Below, one piece after another: positions 44,134-56,983 of a stretch of 64,000 nucleotides of DNA. The stretch lies in assembly GCA_024234615.1 (NCBI GenBank), contig JACKNY010000001.1, positions 1,030,334 through 1,094,333 on the forward strand. Direction: 5' to 3'. The position numbers and the translations under genes were made by a program. The notes beneath the pieces are model-generated. The model saw nothing but the letters and a program-made list of their open reading frames with translations, searched no databases and was not told the DNA's origin. The DNA comes from Pseudomonadales bacterium (GTDB lineage: Bacteria > Pseudomonadota > Gammaproteobacteria > Pseudomonadales > IMCC2047). Within the stretch, counting starts at the first letter, position 1. Each line of letters begins with the position of its first letter.

Positions 44134-47100
44134 CTAACGGTAAGCCAATTGGTCTAGTAACTCGTGAGTTTTATTAATTCGGGCTTGTGCAGAATCCATC
44201 AGCATTTTAATTCTGAGTTGGTTGGCACCTTCGAGTTTAAAGACATGAGGCTGGATTTGTATCAGTTTAACCAGCTGTTGAGGCTGTACCTGCGTATCAT
44301 TTTCAAATTCCAATTTCCCACCCTGAGTATGCAGATCAATTTTACGAATACCCATCGCCTGTGCCAGCAGTTTAAGTTCGGTAACTTCAAAAAGATTTTT
44401 TATCGGATCTGGCAATAGGCCGAATCGATCAATCATCTCTACTTGCAATTCTCTTAACGCGTTCTTATTAACGGCATTGGCGATGCGTTTGTACATGACG
44501 AGGCGGGCATGGACATCGGGTAAATAGGTTTCCGGTATTAGCGTGGGGAAATGCAGGTTAACTTCCGTGCCGTGTTGAATCGGTTGCTCAAGATTAAAGG
44601 CCTTACCTTGTTTCAGTGATTTTACCGCCTGCTCTATTAATTCAGCATAGAGCGAAAAGCCAACCGTCTGAATGTGTCCGCTTTGGTTATCGCCGAGTAA
44701 TTCGCCCGCACCACGAATTTCCATATCGTGCGTTGCGAGAGTGAAGCCAGCGCCCAAGGCTTGAGCGTTAGCGATTGCCTCCAGGCGCTTGATGGCATCG
44801 GCGGTCATACTCTTGCGATGTGGGGTGAGTAAATAGGCGTAGGCTTGATGGTGAGAACGACCTACGCGGCCACGGAGTTGGTGCAGTTGAGCGAGTCCGA
44901 ACTTGTCTGCGCGCTCGATAATAATGGTGTTGGCGGAAGGGATGTCGATACCCGTTTCAATAATGGTGGTGCAAATCAGCAAATTAAAACGCTTGTGGTA
45001 AAAATCAGACATGACTTTTTCGAGGTCGCGTTCGCGCATTTGACCGTGTGCAATGCCAATGCGCGCCTGTGGCACGAGCTCAGCAATTTCCTTGGCCTTG
45101 CGTGCTATGCTGCTAACATCGTTATAAAGCAGGTATACCTGCCCGCCACGCAAAAGTTCACGGTTGATGGCTTCACGGCGTACGCCATTTTCCTGGCGAT
45201 GAATAAAGGTGTTGATGGCAAGGCGCTTGGCGGGAGGGGAGACAATAATTGAAATATCGCGGATGCCGGCAATGGCCATATTGAGGGTGCGTGGAATTGG
45301 TGTTGCGGTCAGTGCGAGAATATCTATATCCGATCTGAGGGATTTAATTTTTTCCTTCTGACGCACGCCAAAACGGTGTTCTTCATCGATAATCAATAAG
45401 CCGAGGTTTTTAAAGACAAAATTACCGACTATCAATTTGTGGGTGGCGATTAGGATGTCAATTTGTCCGGCGGCCACTTGCGTCTGTATACGTTCCTGCT
45501 CATCCCGGGTTTGAAAGCGTGAAATGACCGCGACATTGACCGGCCAGTTTGCAAAGCGATCGCTGAAGGAATCAAAATGTTGCTGCGCCAATAACGTAGT
45601 AGGCACTAGTATCGCAACCTGGGTGCTATTTTGAGCGGCGATAAAGGCTGCCCGCATGGCTACTTCAGTTTTACCAAAACCGACATCGCCGCAGATTAAA
45701 CGATCCATTGGTTGTGCCGAGCGCATGTCGTTCAGCGTCGCCGCAATAGCCGATAGCTGATCTTCCGTTTCTTCAAACGGAAAATCTGCGCAGAATCGTC
45801 GATACTCTTTTTCAGGAATTTCAAACGCGATGCCCTCTCTGGATGCGCGCCGGGCATGAATCTCTAATAATTCTGCGGCGGTATCTCTGGCTTGCTCGGC
45901 GGCTTTGCGCTTAGCCTTTTGCCATTTGTCACTGCCGAGCGTATGCAATGGCGCATTGGCCTCATCGTTTCCGGTGTAGCGGGCGATTAAATGCAATGAC
46001 GCTATAGGGACATAGAGTTTGGCATTACCTGCATACTCGAGGGTGAGAAATTCCTCCGCTTGAGCGTTAACCTCGATAGTTTCCAGGCCCCTGTATCTAC
46101 CGACGCCATGATCGATATGCACCACTGGCGAGTCAACTTGCAGTTCAGCCAGGTTTTTAATGATTTGATCTTGATAATCCTTGCTTTGGCTGCGTCGCCG
46201 CCGTTGCATAACCTGCTGACCGAAGAGTTGAGATTCGGTAATGATCACGATGCCTGATTCGGGTAAATACAAGCCTCTGTCGATATTTGCCGTGGTGATC
46301 GAAAGCGGGGCCGTGCTGGATAAAAAAGATTCCCAGTCCGGTTGCTCAACTGGGGTAAGATCGATCTTTTTGAGCATCGCCAGCAGAGCTTCCTTTCGAC
46401 CGGTTGATTCGGTACAAAAAAGTATTCTTGCGGAGGTTTGCTCGATATAGGTTTTTACCACGGCTAGTGGGTTATCTGTATGGTGATCCAACATGAAGCT
46501 CGGTGTAACTTTGCTATTGAAGTAGGCACCGGACTGATCTTTATTACTGCCGGAGGTATGATCCAGTTTGATGCGGCTGAACCGTTTAATTGCGCCGAAC
46601 AACTCATTATCGGGTAAATACAGTGAAGAGGGCGGTAGTAATGGCCGTTCTGGATCATGCCGGCGCTCTTCATAACGCTGGCTGATTTGTTGCCATTGTT
46701 CGGACATTGCTTGGTCTATCGAGCCGATCGAGAACAGCAGCGTTGATTCGGGGAAATAGTCGAACAGGTTAGCGCACTCGGAGAAAAATAAAGGCAGATA
46801 ATACTCAATGCCTGGTGCATTTAAGCCTGAAGAGACATCCTGATAAATGCTGCAAATCTGTGGATCGATATCAAAGTGCGTACGCCAATTCTGACGGAAT
46901 TTTTGGATAGCCGTTTTGTCGAAGGGGTATTCATGCGCAGGCAAAACACTTACTTTATCAATGCGCTCGATTGTACGCTGAGATTCTGGATCAAAGGTGC
47001 GCAGTTGGTCGATTTCTTCGTCAAATAAATCAATTCGATAGGGAGTGCTGCTTCCCATTGGAAATATATCAATGATGGCACCGCGTACTGCAAATTCGCC

Positions 47101-47583
47101 ATGCTCATAAACGGTGTCTACTTGGCGATAGCCATTATCGACCAGGTTGGTGCGTATCGATTGAAGGTCAAATTTTTGCCCCGGCTCCAGCAGCAGGCTA
47201 TTGCTGATGACATATTCTTTTGGCGCAATGCGGTGCATTAAGGTGGTCGCCGGCACGACCAAGATACCTCTGCTCAGGAATGGCAGTTGGTAGAGTGTTT
47301 TTAAACGTTCAGAAACGATGTCTTGGTGCGGAGAAAAGCTATCGTAAGGCAGAGTCTCCCAGTCGGGGAAAGCAAGCAAGGGTAACGACTCGTCACAAAA
47401 AAATGCCAGTTCGTTATGGAGTCTTTCGGTACTTTCCGTATCTGGTGTAATGACGACACAAAATCCTGCATAGTTATGAGTCGCCTCAGCAATCGCAAGA
47501 GCCGTCGCGGCATCAACTAGACCGTGCCAAGCTTGTTGTTTCTGATTGATAGGAGGCGGGTTAAGGAGCATTTTTGCGGGCAC
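44134..47583 (-). CDS. mfd: Transcription-repair coupling factor Mfd
   Basis: 1149 aa with a UvrB-homology N-terminal region, an RNAP-interacting domain, and the superfamily-2 motifs GDVGFGKTEVA, DEEHRFGV and LTATPIPRTL. Confidence 0.97.
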   Translation of the reverse strand: MPAKMLLNPPPINQKQQAWHGLVDAATALAIAEATHNYAGFCVVITPDTESTERLHNELAFFCDESLPLLAFPDWETLPYDSFSPHQDIVSERLKTLYQLPFLSRGILVVPATTLMHRIAPKEYVISNSLLLEPGQKFDLQSIRTNLVDNGYRQVDTVYEHGEFAVRGAIIDIFPMGSSTPYRIDLFDEEIDQLRTFDPESQRTIERIDKVSVLPAHEYPFDKTAIQKFRQNWRTHFDIDPQICSIYQDVSSGLNAPGIEYYLPLFFSECANLFDYFPESTLLFSIGSIDQAMSEQWQQISQRYEERRHDPERPLLPPSSLYLPDNELFGAIKRFSRIKLDHTSGSNKDQSGAYFNSKVTPSFMLDHHTDNPLAVVKTYIEQTSARILFCTESTGRKEALLAMLKKIDLTPVEQPDWESFLSSTAPLSITTANIDRGLYLPESGIVIITESQLFGQQVMQRRRRSQSKDYQDQIIKNLAELQVDSPVVHIDHGVGRYRGLETIEVNAQAEEFLTLEYAGNAKLYVPIASLHLIARYTGNDEANAPLHTLGSDKWQKAKRKAAEQARDTAAELLEIHARRASREGIAFEIPEKEYRRFCADFPFEETEDQLSAIAATLNDMRSAQPMDRLICGDVGFGKTEVAMRAAFIAAQNSTQVAILVPTTLLAQQHFDSFSDRFANWPVNVAVISRFQTRDEQERIQTQVAAGQIDILIATHKLIVGNFVFKNLGLLIIDEEHRFGVRQKEKIKSLRSDIDILALTATPIPRTLNMAIAGIRDISIIVSPPAKRLAINTFIHRQENGVRREAINRELLRGGQVYLLYNDVSSIARKAKEIAELVPQARIGIAHGQMRERDLEKVMSDFYHKRFNLLICTTIIETGIDIPSANTIIIERADKFGLAQLHQLRGRVGRSHHQAYAYLLTPHRKSMTADAIKRLEAIANAQALGAGFTLATHDMEIRGAGELLGDNQSGHIQTVGFSLYAELIEQAVKSLKQGKAFNLEQPIQHGTEVNLHFPTLIPETYLPDVHARLVMYKRIANAVNKNALRELQVEMIDRFGLLPDPIKNLFEVTELKLLAQAMGIRKIDLHTQGGKLEFENDTQVQPQQLVKLIQIQPHVFKLEGANQLRIKMLMDSAQARINKTHELLDQLAYR

Positions 47584-48072
47584 TTGGGTTACCTGACAGC
47601 TTTGAAAAGCCAGCTAGTTTACAAGGGCGTCTATGAGTAAGTCTAGCTGGGCTCGAATTGATAGGCTTCCGCCCAAAGTGATCCTGAGTATTTATAGTCG
47701 ATATCGATGGAGTGAATACTTATATTCAGATTAAATCATCTATAATGAGATTCAAAATGGTTATTTAAGATCAGGCGTTATATTTAAATAAATGGTAAAT
47801 TTAAAAGTTAAAATGTTCTCTGGAGATGGCTTGAAAACTGACTTAGATCATGGAATGTAAATCATTGTATTTGAAAAGTTAATTTTGTTTAAAAAACAGG
47901 CTTTGCATGGCAAAAAATATTAGAGAATGGCTTTGTTCTATGAGAGAATACGCGCGCCAAAAATCGGGCGCTTCTTGATGGATTTTGATTGATTAAAAGA
48001 TGGCTCGTCAGGCACTCATTCTTAATGCCAGGGAAATGATGTTTCGTTGGCAAATGTCAATAATATAGGGTA

Positions 48073-49530
48073 ATGCTAGTGACTCCAGAGATACTGACCT
48101 CATGCTCAAAAGACTGGGAAGAACGTGAACGCGCTGCAGAGGCAATGGTGCCATTGGTTGGTGCTTTATATCGAGACCGTTCGGTCGAAACTTCGATTTT
48201 TGGGCGGCTCATCGTCAAGCGCACCGTGCATGATATTCTTGTGGCGCATGAATTTGTTCAACAGGTTGAGAAGGTAACGGTTTCACCTTTTGATACGCTC
48301 GAAGTCCTGCAAGCGCTGACGGCATTACCGCTAGGCCCCTCCCATATAGATATCGGCAAGTTATTTGTTAATTATCAGAACAGCGATTCAGGGCAATCGT
48401 TACCGGAGTTTTTAAATGATACCTTAGCAGATGCTTTTGTCGAAGGAGCAGCCGAGGCTGCTGAGATTAAAGATGTGGTGCTATATGGCTTCGGCCGTAT
48501 CGGTCGTTTGTTGGCGCGGTTGCTCTGTGATCGTTCCGGCGGTGGCAAGGGGATTCGTCTGCGGGCTATTGTTGTGCGCAAAGGCAAAGGTAACGATCTG
48601 GCGAAACGCGCTAGCTTGCTCATGAAAGACTCTGTTCACGGTGCTTTTAAGGGGGTCGTGAATATTGATGAAGAAAATACCTCCCTCGTCGTCAATGGCC
48701 AACAAATCCAAGTAATCTATTCTGACTCCCCCGATGCTATCGACTATACGGCTTATGGCATTGATAACGCGGTTGTTGTCGATAATACCGGAAAGTGGCG
48801 CGACGAAGAGGGGCTCTCGTTGCACTTGCAGGCGAAAGGCGCTGCACAAGTGTTGCTGACAGCACCAGCCAAGGGCAGTATTAAAAATGTTGTGCACGGT
48901 ATCAACAACAATATTATCAGTGACGACGATAAGATTTTATCGGCGGCTTCCTGTACCACTAATGCGATCACGCCAGTACTGAAGGCAATGCATGAAAAGT
49001 TTGGCGTCATTAATGGCCATGTTGAAACAGTGCATGCTTATACTAACGATCAAAATCTAATCGATAACTATCACAAAGGCGACCGTCGTGGTCGTAGCGC
49101 GCCCTTGAATATGGTGTTGACTGAAACCGGAGCAGCAAAAGCGGTAGCGAAAGCGTTGCCGGAAATGGAAGGTAAGTTGACTGGTAGCTCGGTGCGTGTA
49201 CCGACCCCGAATGTTTCCCTCGCTATTTTAAATTTGAACCTCGAAGAAGCAGTCGATAAAGAAACGATTAATGATTATATGCGCTATATTGCTCTGCACT
49301 CTGAACTGCAAAAGCAGGTGGATTACTCGAATTCACCGGAAGCGGTTTCTTCCGATTTCGTAGGGTCGAGAGCGGCAGGCATTTTTGATGCGTTAGCGAC
49401 TATTGCTAACGGTAACCATTGTGTGCTCTATGTCTGGTACGACAATGAATTTGGCTATGCGTGCCAAGTGGTAAGGATTTTAAGACAGATTACTCATGCG
49501 ACCTTGCCGGTATACCCGGTAGAACAATAG
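48073..49530 (+). CDS. gap: Glyceraldehyde-3-phosphate dehydrogenase, long (about 485 aa) form
   Basis: It has LYGFGRIGR and the SAASCTTNA active-site Cys block, plus a leader of about 130 aa N-terminal to the Rossmann domain. It is divergent from mfd, as I recall for Pseudomonas. Confidence 0.9.
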   Translation: MLVTPEILTSCSKDWEERERAAEAMVPLVGALYRDRSVETSIFGRLIVKRTVHDILVAHEFVQQVEKVTVSPFDTLEVLQALTALPLGPSHIDIGKLFVNYQNSDSGQSLPEFLNDTLADAFVEGAAEAAEIKDVVLYGFGRIGRLLARLLCDRSGGGKGIRLRAIVVRKGKGNDLAKRASLLMKDSVHGAFKGVVNIDEENTSLVVNGQQIQVIYSDSPDAIDYTAYGIDNAVVVDNTGKWRDEEGLSLHLQAKGAAQVLLTAPAKGSIKNVVHGINNNIISDDDKILSAASCTTNAITPVLKAMHEKFGVINGHVETVHAYTNDQNLIDNYHKGDRRGRSAPLNMVLTETGAAKAVAKALPEMEGKLTGSSVRVPTPNVSLAILNLNLEEAVDKETINDYMRYIALHSELQKQVDYSNSPEAVSSDFVGSRAAGIFDALATIANGNHCVLYVWYDNEFGYACQVVRILRQITHATLPVYPVEQ

Positions 49531-49721
49531 TCGTCAGAAAGGTCGGCGATTAAGGTTAGAGTGATAGAACCCCGTGGGGGCAAAGCAGTGCGGTGATTCC
49601 ATTTCAACAGCGTTAACGTGTTGAAATAAACTCCAATATCTGATGCAAAAAGAGATTTTTGCGCCATTCGGTCTGAGGCTGTAGTGGTGCGATGTATGTT
49701 TTATTACTTTTAATTTAATAA

Positions 49722-51083
<1,362 letters not shown>

Positions 51084-51086
51084 GAC

Positions 51087-52283
51087 ATGGGCTTAAGAAA
51101 GATACTTGATAAAATTGAGCCGCATGTCACCAAAGGCGGCAAATACGAAAAGTGGTTCGCGTTATACGAAGCGACTGATACCTTTTTATACACACCGCCT
51201 TCGGTCACTAAAAATGCCTCGCATGTTAGAGATGGCATAGACCTTAAGCGCATCATGATCACCGTTTGGCTCTGTGCATTCCCAGCCATGTTTTTTGGGA
51301 TGTGGAATCTAGGTCATCTGGCTAATGAAGCGATGGCAAGCATGGGTATTGCTGCCGTTGAAGGCTGGCGAGGTGGCTTGATTGAGTTGTTCGCAGGCTA
51401 TGACCCTAACAGCATTTTGGATAATACTATCCACGGCGCTGCGTATTTAGTGCCGATCTACTTGGTGGTATTCATCGTTGGTGGTTTCTGGGAAGTGCTA
51501 TTTGCCATGATTCGTGGCCATGAAGTGAACGAAGGTTTTTTCGTCACGTCGATCTTGTTCGCACTGATTGTTCCTCCCGATATTCCTCTATGGCAGGCAG
51601 CGCTGGGTATCTCATTCGGTGTTGTGATCGCAAAAGAGGTGTTCGGCGGTACCGGTAAAAACTTCCTTAACCCAGCGTTGGCTGGTCGTGCATTCCTGTT
51701 CTTTGCATACCCAGCGCAGATGTCCGGCGATGCTATCTGGGTAGCGGTTGACGGTTTTAGCGGTGCGACGCCTTTGGGTCTCGCTGCGCTAGGCGGTGTT
51801 GAGGCGATTAATTACAGTTGGATGGATGCTTTTATCGGCATGATTCCTGGTTCGATCGGCGAAACTTCAACCTTGGCAATCTTTATCGGTGGTGCTGTGT
51901 TGCTTTACACGAAGATTGCTTCTTGGCGTATTGTTTCCGGAGTCATGCTCGGCATGATCGCAATGTCATTGATTTTTAATATGATTGGATCTGATAGTAA
52001 CCCGATGTTTGCCATGACTTGGGACTGGCATTTGGTGCTGGGTGGCTTTGCCTTCGGTATGCTGTTTATGGCAACTGACCCGGTTTCGGCGGCGATGACG
52101 GATACTGGTAAATGGGTTTTCGGTGCGTTGATAGGCGTGATGGTGGTGCTGATTCGTGTCGTCAATCCGGCCTTTCCAGAGGGCATGATGCTGGCGATCC
52201 TCTTTGGTAATCTGTTTGCGCCTTTGATTGATCACTTTGTGGTTCAGGCCAATATCAAGCGGAGGGCATTGCGCAATGTCTAG
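51087..52283 (+). CDS. nqrB: Na+-NQR subunit B
   Basis: 398 aa polytopic protein with the [11 protein letters not shown]-attachment region ([10 protein letters not shown]). Confidence 0.95.
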   Translation: MGLRKILDKIEPHVTKGGKYEKWFALYEATDTFLYTPPSVTKNASHVRDGIDLKRIMITVWLCAFPAMFFGMWNLGHLANEAMASMGIAAVEGWRGGLIELFAGYDPNSILDNTIHGAAYLVPIYLVVFIVGGFWEVLFAMIRGHEVNEGFFVTSILFALIVPPDIPLWQAALGISFGVVIAKEVFGGTGKNFLNPALAGRAFLFFAYPAQMSGDAIWVAVDGFSGATPLGLAALGGVEAINYSWMDAFIGMIPGSIGETSTLAIFIGGAVLLYTKIASWRIVSGVMLGMIAMSLIFNMIGSDSNPMFAMTWDWHLVLGGFAFGMLFMATDPVSAAMTDTGKWVFGALIGVMVVLIRVVNPAFPEGMMLAILFGNLFAPLIDHFVVQANIKRRALRNV

Positions 52284-53046
52284 TAATGATACCGTTCAAA
52301 AAACCGTCAAAGTAGCGTTGCTACTTTGTCTAGTGTGTTCGATCGTGGTGTCCGGTGCGGCGGTAATCTTAAAACCAATTCAACTGGCCAATAAGGCGCT
52401 CGACCGTAAAACCAATATTCTCGCTGCAGCAGGCTTTGAAACAAAAGGCCAGGATATTGACGCGCTGTTCCATCAGTTTACGCCGAAGGTCGTGGACTTG
52501 GACGCTGGGGTTTATACCTCTGTTGTAGATGCGGAAACCTATGATCAGCGCAAGGCTGCAAAAGATCCGAAACTGTCCGACGCGTTAAGTGATGCTGATG
52601 ATACTGCGAGTATTAATCGTCGTGAGCGCTATGCGACGGTCTACCTGTTGGAAAAAGAAGGTAAAGTGGATCGTATCATCATTCCCGTTCACGGCTATGG
52701 CTTGTGGTCGACCCTCTATGGCTTTCTGGCCTTGGAGGGAGATGGCAACACGGTTGCGGGGTTAGGCTTTTATTCTCATGCTGAAACACCTGGGCTCGGC
52801 GGTGAGGTGGATAATCCTCGCTGGAAATCACAATGGGTTGGCAAGCACATTTTTGATGAGCAGGGGCAGGCTCAGATCGAGCTGGTTAAGTCTGTAGATC
52901 CAAGCGACCCAAGAGCAATATACAAAGTTGATGCGCTTTCTGGCGCAACGCTAACGAGTAACGGTGTGGAAAACCTCATTCGTTTCTGGATTGGTGAGAA
53001 AGGCTTTGGTTCCTATTTGGCTAATTTACGTGCGGGAGAGGTGTGA
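52276..53046 (+). CDS. nqrC: Na+-NQR subunit C
   Basis: The ATG at 52276 overlaps the nqrB stop. It has a single N-terminal TM helix and the [15 protein letters not shown]-attachment motif. Confidence 0.93.
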   Translation: MSSNDTVQKTVKVALLLCLVCSIVVSGAAVILKPIQLANKALDRKTNILAAAGFETKGQDIDALFHQFTPKVVDLDAGVYTSVVDAETYDQRKAAKDPKLSDALSDADDTASINRRERYATVYLLEKEGKVDRIIIPVHGYGLWSTLYGFLALEGDGNTVAGLGFYSHAETPGLGGEVDNPRWKSQWVGKHIFDEQGQAQIELVKSVDPSDPRAIYKVDALSGATLTSNGVENLIRFWIGEKGFGSYLANLRAGEV

Positions 53047-53048
53047 TT

Positions 53049-53720
53049 ATGTCAGAAGTCACCGCAAAATCAGTAGTAGTAACACCCATATTTGAGAATA
53101 ACCCGATTGCGCTGCAGATTCTTGGCATTTGTTCTGCGCTTGCGGTCACCAGCAGTTTACAGGTTACCCTGGTCATGTGTATCGCGCTGACCTTGGTAAC
53201 GGCTTTTTCAAACCTGTCGATTGCTGCAATACGTCACCATATTCCGAGTAGTATCCGGATTATCGTGCAAATGATCATTATCGCCTCTTTGGTAATAGTG
53301 GTGGACCAGATTCTTAAGGCTTATGCCTATAGCATCAGCAAACAGCTGTCAGTGTTTGTTGGTTTGATTATTACCAACTGTATCGTCATGGGTCGTGCCG
53401 AAGCCTTTGCCATGAAAAATCCTCCTGGACTGAGTTTTCTGGATGGGGTTGGTAATGGTTTAGGTTATAGCGTCGTGCTGATCTCCGTGGCGGTAATTCG
53501 AGAGCTATTTGGTGCGGGTAAGTTGTTTGGTATAGAAATATTTTCATTGGTGAATGACGGCGGTTGGTATGTTCCCAATGGTCTGTTGTTACTGCCGCCA
53601 AGTGCATTTTTCATTATCGGCTTGTTGATCTGGGCATTGCGTAGCTGGAAACCGAATCAAGTGGAAGCAAAGGAATATGAGCTAGCACCGCAAACCACTG
53701 GCATGCAGGAGGCACACTAA
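53049..53720 (+). CDS. nqrD: Na+-NQR subunit D
   Basis: It has [18 protein letters not shown] and [16 protein letters not shown]. It follows nqrC. Confidence 0.93.
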   Translation: MSEVTAKSVVVTPIFENNPIALQILGICSALAVTSSLQVTLVMCIALTLVTAFSNLSIAAIRHHIPSSIRIIVQMIIIASLVIVVDQILKAYAYSISKQLSVFVGLIITNCIVMGRAEAFAMKNPPGLSFLDGVGNGLGYSVVLISVAVIRELFGAGKLFGIEIFSLVNDGGWYVPNGLLLLPPSAFFIIGLLIWALRSWKPNQVEAKEYELAPQTTGMQEAH

Positions 53721-54331
53721 TGTTTGAGTATTACTTAAGTCTATTCGTGAAGGCTGTGTTTGTAGAAAACATGGCGTTAGCCTTTTTCCTCGGTATGTGT
53801 ACCTTTCTTGCAGTTTCCAAGAAGGTGCAAACGGCAATTGGATTAGGGGTTGCCGTGGTGGTGGTTCAGACCATCACAATTCCTGTTAATAATTTAATCT
53901 ATACCTACTTGCTGGCTGATGGCGCTTTGGCTTGGGCGGGTTTTCCCGAAGCAGATTTGAGCTTTTTGGGCCTGTTGAGTTATATCGGTGTTATCGCGGC
54001 GTTAGTACAGATTCTAGAAATGTTTTTGGATCGTTATGTACCCGCGCTATATAACGCGCTGGGGGTTTTCCTGCCCTTAATCACGGTGAACTGCGCAATT
54101 ATGGGTGGCTCTCTCTTTATGGTGGAACGTGACTACAATTTTGCCGAGAGCGTGGTGTATGGCTTGGGCTCTGGTACCGGCTGGGCGTTGGCTATTGCCA
54201 CGTTGGCCGGTATTCGGGAGAAATTGAAATACAGTGACGTACCTCATGGGTTGCGTGGACTAGGCATCACCTTTATTACCGTTGGATTGATGTCGCTTGG
54301 GTTTATGTCATTTTCTGGCATTCAACTCTAA
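53720..54331 (+). CDS. nqrE: Na+-NQR subunit E
   Basis: 203 aa with [20 protein letters not shown] and [10 protein letters not shown]. Its start abuts the nqrD stop. Confidence 0.95.
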   Translation: MFEYYLSLFVKAVFVENMALAFFLGMCTFLAVSKKVQTAIGLGVAVVVVQTITIPVNNLIYTYLLADGALAWAGFPEADLSFLGLLSYIGVIAALVQILEMFLDRYVPALYNALGVFLPLITVNCAIMGGSLFMVERDYNFAESVVYGLGSGTGWALAIATLAGIREKLKYSDVPHGLRGLGITFITVGLMSLGFMSFSGIQL

Positions 54332-54364
54332 TCAACTGAACGGGCAAATGGGAAAGATTTAACC

Positions 54365-55594
54365 ATGAATTTATCAGACATCTATTTAGGGGTCGGAATG
54401 TTCACCGCCATCGTGCTGTTTTTGGTGGTGGTGATCCTGATGGCCAGGGCGAAACTTGTTAGCTCCGGCGCGGTTACTATTGAAATCAACGGTGATCCAG
54501 CGCATACCATTAAGGTTGCGGCGGGCGATAAACTATTACAAACCCTTGCGGGTGCTGGCGTTTTCCTGTCTTCTGCTTGTGGCGGCGGCGGTACCTGCGC
54601 GCAGTGTAAATGTACTGTGCTGGAGGGTGGTGGATCCATGCTGCCGACGGAAGAAGGGCATTTCACACGCGGACAAAAACGCGCCGGAGAGCGTTTATCT
54701 TGCCAAGTGGCAGTTAAGCAGGATATGAAAATTGAAGTGCCGGAAGAAGTATTTGGTGTTAAACACTGGCGCTGCAAGGTTCGTTCGAACGACAACGTAG
54801 CAACCTTTATTAAAGAGTTAGTGCTGGAATTGCCAGAGGGCGAAAGTGTTGATTTCCGCGCTGGGGGATATGTTCAGCTGGAAGCGCCACCACATCACGT
54901 CAAATACAAAGATTTTATCGTTGACGAGAAGTATCACGGTGATTGGGATCGATTCAACATTTGGCAGCATGAGTCCCATGTGACAGAAAAGGTGATACGT
55001 GCTTATTCAATGGCGAACTACCCAGAGGAAAAGGGCATCGTAAAATTCAACATTCGGATTGCATCGCCGCCGCCGGGAACTAACTACCCAGCCGGTAAAA
55101 TGTCATCCTATGTGTTCAGCTTGAAACCGGGCGATGAAATCGATGTGTTCGGTCCATTCGGAGAGTTTTTTGCGAAGAAAACTGATGCTGAGATGGTGTT
55201 TATTGGCGGCGGTGCAGGCATGGCACCGATGCGTTCACATATTTTTGATCAGCTCAAGCGGCTTGGTAGTAAACGTAAAATGTCTTTCTGGTACGGCGCG
55301 CGCAGTATGCGTGAGATGTTCTATCAGGATGAATATGACCAACTGGCCAAGGACAATGAGAATTTTACCTGGCATGTTGCTTTGTCTGATCCGATGCCGG
55401 AAGATAATTGGACTGGCTACACAGGCTTTATTCACAACGTGCTTTATGAGAATTACCTCAAGGACCACCCCGCGCCGGAAGACTGTGAGTACTATATGTG
55501 TGGGCCTCCGATGATGAATGCCGCGGTGATTAAAATGCTGCAGGATTTGGGTGTAGAGCCGGAAAATATATTGTTGGACGATTTTGGTGGTTAA
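54365..55594 (+). CDS. nqrF: Na+-NQR subunit F (2Fe-2S ferredoxin + FAD/NADH domain)
   Basis: 409 aa with an N-terminal TM helix, [12 protein letters not shown] (2Fe-2S), RAYSMANY (FAD) and [11 protein letters not shown] (NAD). Confidence 0.96.
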   Translation: MNLSDIYLGVGMFTAIVLFLVVVILMARAKLVSSGAVTIEINGDPAHTIKVAAGDKLLQTLAGAGVFLSSACGGGGTCAQCKCTVLEGGGSMLPTEEGHFTRGQKRAGERLSCQVAVKQDMKIEVPEEVFGVKHWRCKVRSNDNVATFIKELVLELPEGESVDFRAGGYVQLEAPPHHVKYKDFIVDEKYHGDWDRFNIWQHESHVTEKVIRAYSMANYPEEKGIVKFNIRIASPPPGTNYPAGKMSSYVFSLKPGDEIDVFGPFGEFFAKKTDAEMVFIGGGAGMAPMRSHIFDQLKRLGSKRKMSFWYGARSMREMFYQDEYDQLAKDNENFTWHVALSDPMPEDNWTGYTGFIHNVLYENYLKDHPAPEDCEYYMCGPPMMNAAVIKMLQDLGVEPENILLDDFGG

Positions 55595-56625
55595 TGCGCA
55601 CTGGCGTGCCTAGGTCAATACTCTATGCAATAACGCTGTTATTGCTACTGGTTGGCTGTTCAGCTAGGGAAAATGGGTCGGAGTTGGTTAGTATCTCCGG
55701 CCCAACTATGGGTACTCAGTTTAATATTAAATATTTTCTGCCTTCCGCTGCATCGATTTCTACAAAGAAAATTCAATCTAGAGTCGAGGCGCAGCTAGCC
55801 AACATTAATCAGCTGATGTCGACCTACTTACTGGATTCGGAATTAAGTCGCTTTAATCGCGCGAAAACGAATGAATGGTTTCCAGTATCAAAGGAAACGG
55901 TAACAGTGATTGACCTAGCGTTAGAAATTAGCACGCAGACGCAGGGAGCGTTTGATGTGACAGTCGCCTCCTTGGTTGATCTCTGGGGGTTTGGACCGAC
56001 CAAGCGAGCGCCAGAGCCACCTTCCGCTGAATTGATTGCCGCAGAGTTAGATAAAGTAGGATATACCTCTTTACAGGTTGATCAAGCCGCTTCAGCCTTG
56101 TTAAAAACTACGGAGCTAACGCTGGATTTATCTGCAATAGCCAAAGGGTATGCGGTTGATCGTGTGGCGGACGTGCTCAACCTGGCTGGTATTGACAGTT
56201 ACATGGTTGAAGTTGGTGGAGAGATTAGGGCCAAGGGCATGAAACCGGAGCAACAACCCTGGCGCATTGCAATAGAGTCGCCAGTACCTACACAGAGGGC
56301 GGTTCAGCGTGTCATAGAACTGACCGATATTGCGGTGGCGACATCTGGTGATTACAGGAATTATTTTGAAAAAGATGGTCGGCGATATTCGCATACCATT
56401 GACCCGGTAACCGGATATCCGATTACTCATGCGCTGGCCTCAGTGACCGTTTTGGCAGAGACAAGTGCGCGTGCGGATGCATTAGCAACGGCGCTGATGG
56501 TGATGGGGCCAGAACGGGCTCTGGTCTTTGCCAATAGCCATAAATTACCGGTTTTTTTAATTGTTAAGCAAGCATCAGGTTTTACGGAAGTTGCATCTGA
56601 TGCCTTTGCGGGCTGGATTAACTAG
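55594..56625 (+). CDS. apbE: FAD:protein FMN transferase ApbE (lipoprotein)
   Basis: 343 aa with the lipobox LLLVGCS, then GPTMGT, AKGYAVD and TSGDYRNYF. Its start overlaps the nqrF stop (TAATG). Confidence 0.93.
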   Translation: MRTGVPRSILYAITLLLLLVGCSARENGSELVSISGPTMGTQFNIKYFLPSAASISTKKIQSRVEAQLANINQLMSTYLLDSELSRFNRAKTNEWFPVSKETVTVIDLALEISTQTQGAFDVTVASLVDLWGFGPTKRAPEPPSAELIAAELDKVGYTSLQVDQAASALLKTTELTLDLSAIAKGYAVDRVADVLNLAGIDSYMVEVGGEIRAKGMKPEQQPWRIAIESPVPTQRAVQRVIELTDIAVATSGDYRNYFEKDGRRYSHTIDPVTGYPITHALASVTVLAETSARADALATALMVMGPERALVFANSHKLPVFLIVKQASGFTEVASDAFAGWIN

Positions 56626-56657
56626 CCGGCAGCAATAAGTATTATCCGAGGTATTCT

Positions 56658-56876
56658 ATGTCTGTCGTAATTGCCGTTTTTGTTTTTATGTTATTCATTG
56701 TGTTGGCGATGTCGGTTGGTGTGCTATTTACCGGTAAAGCCATTAAAGGTTCCTGCGGCGGACTCAGTGCGCTTGGCATGAAGTCGGCGTGCGATGTTTG
56801 TGGCGGCAAGGATGATGAATGTGAAAAAGAACAACAAAATAAAATCAAACTCCGCCAACTGGAAGATGATGCCTAA
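56658..56876 (+). CDS. nqrM: (Na+)-NQR maturation protein NqrM (DUF539)
   Basis: 72 aa with one TM helix followed by GSCGGLSALGMKSACDVCGG, the conserved Cys motif. Confidence 0.88.
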   Translation: MSVVIAVFVFMLFIVLAMSVGVLFTGKAIKGSCGGLSALGMKSACDVCGGKDDECEKEQQNKIKLRQLEDDA

Positions 56877-56983
56877 GTTGTCAGCGTTCAATCACCTCGC
56901 AAGCCAGTGTTATTGTGACTTAAGCACAAAAATGAGCATATAACCTTTAGCGTTATAGCGTTCTCAAACAGCAAGGGGGAAGA

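Noticed and set aside
49603-49627. A TTTCAACA-gcgttaacg-TGTTGAAA hairpin between gap and nqrA, considered as a terminator.
   Set aside because: The 8-bp stem is real but is not followed by a T-run. It could be a protein-binding palindrome or nothing, and the evidence is insufficient to call it.
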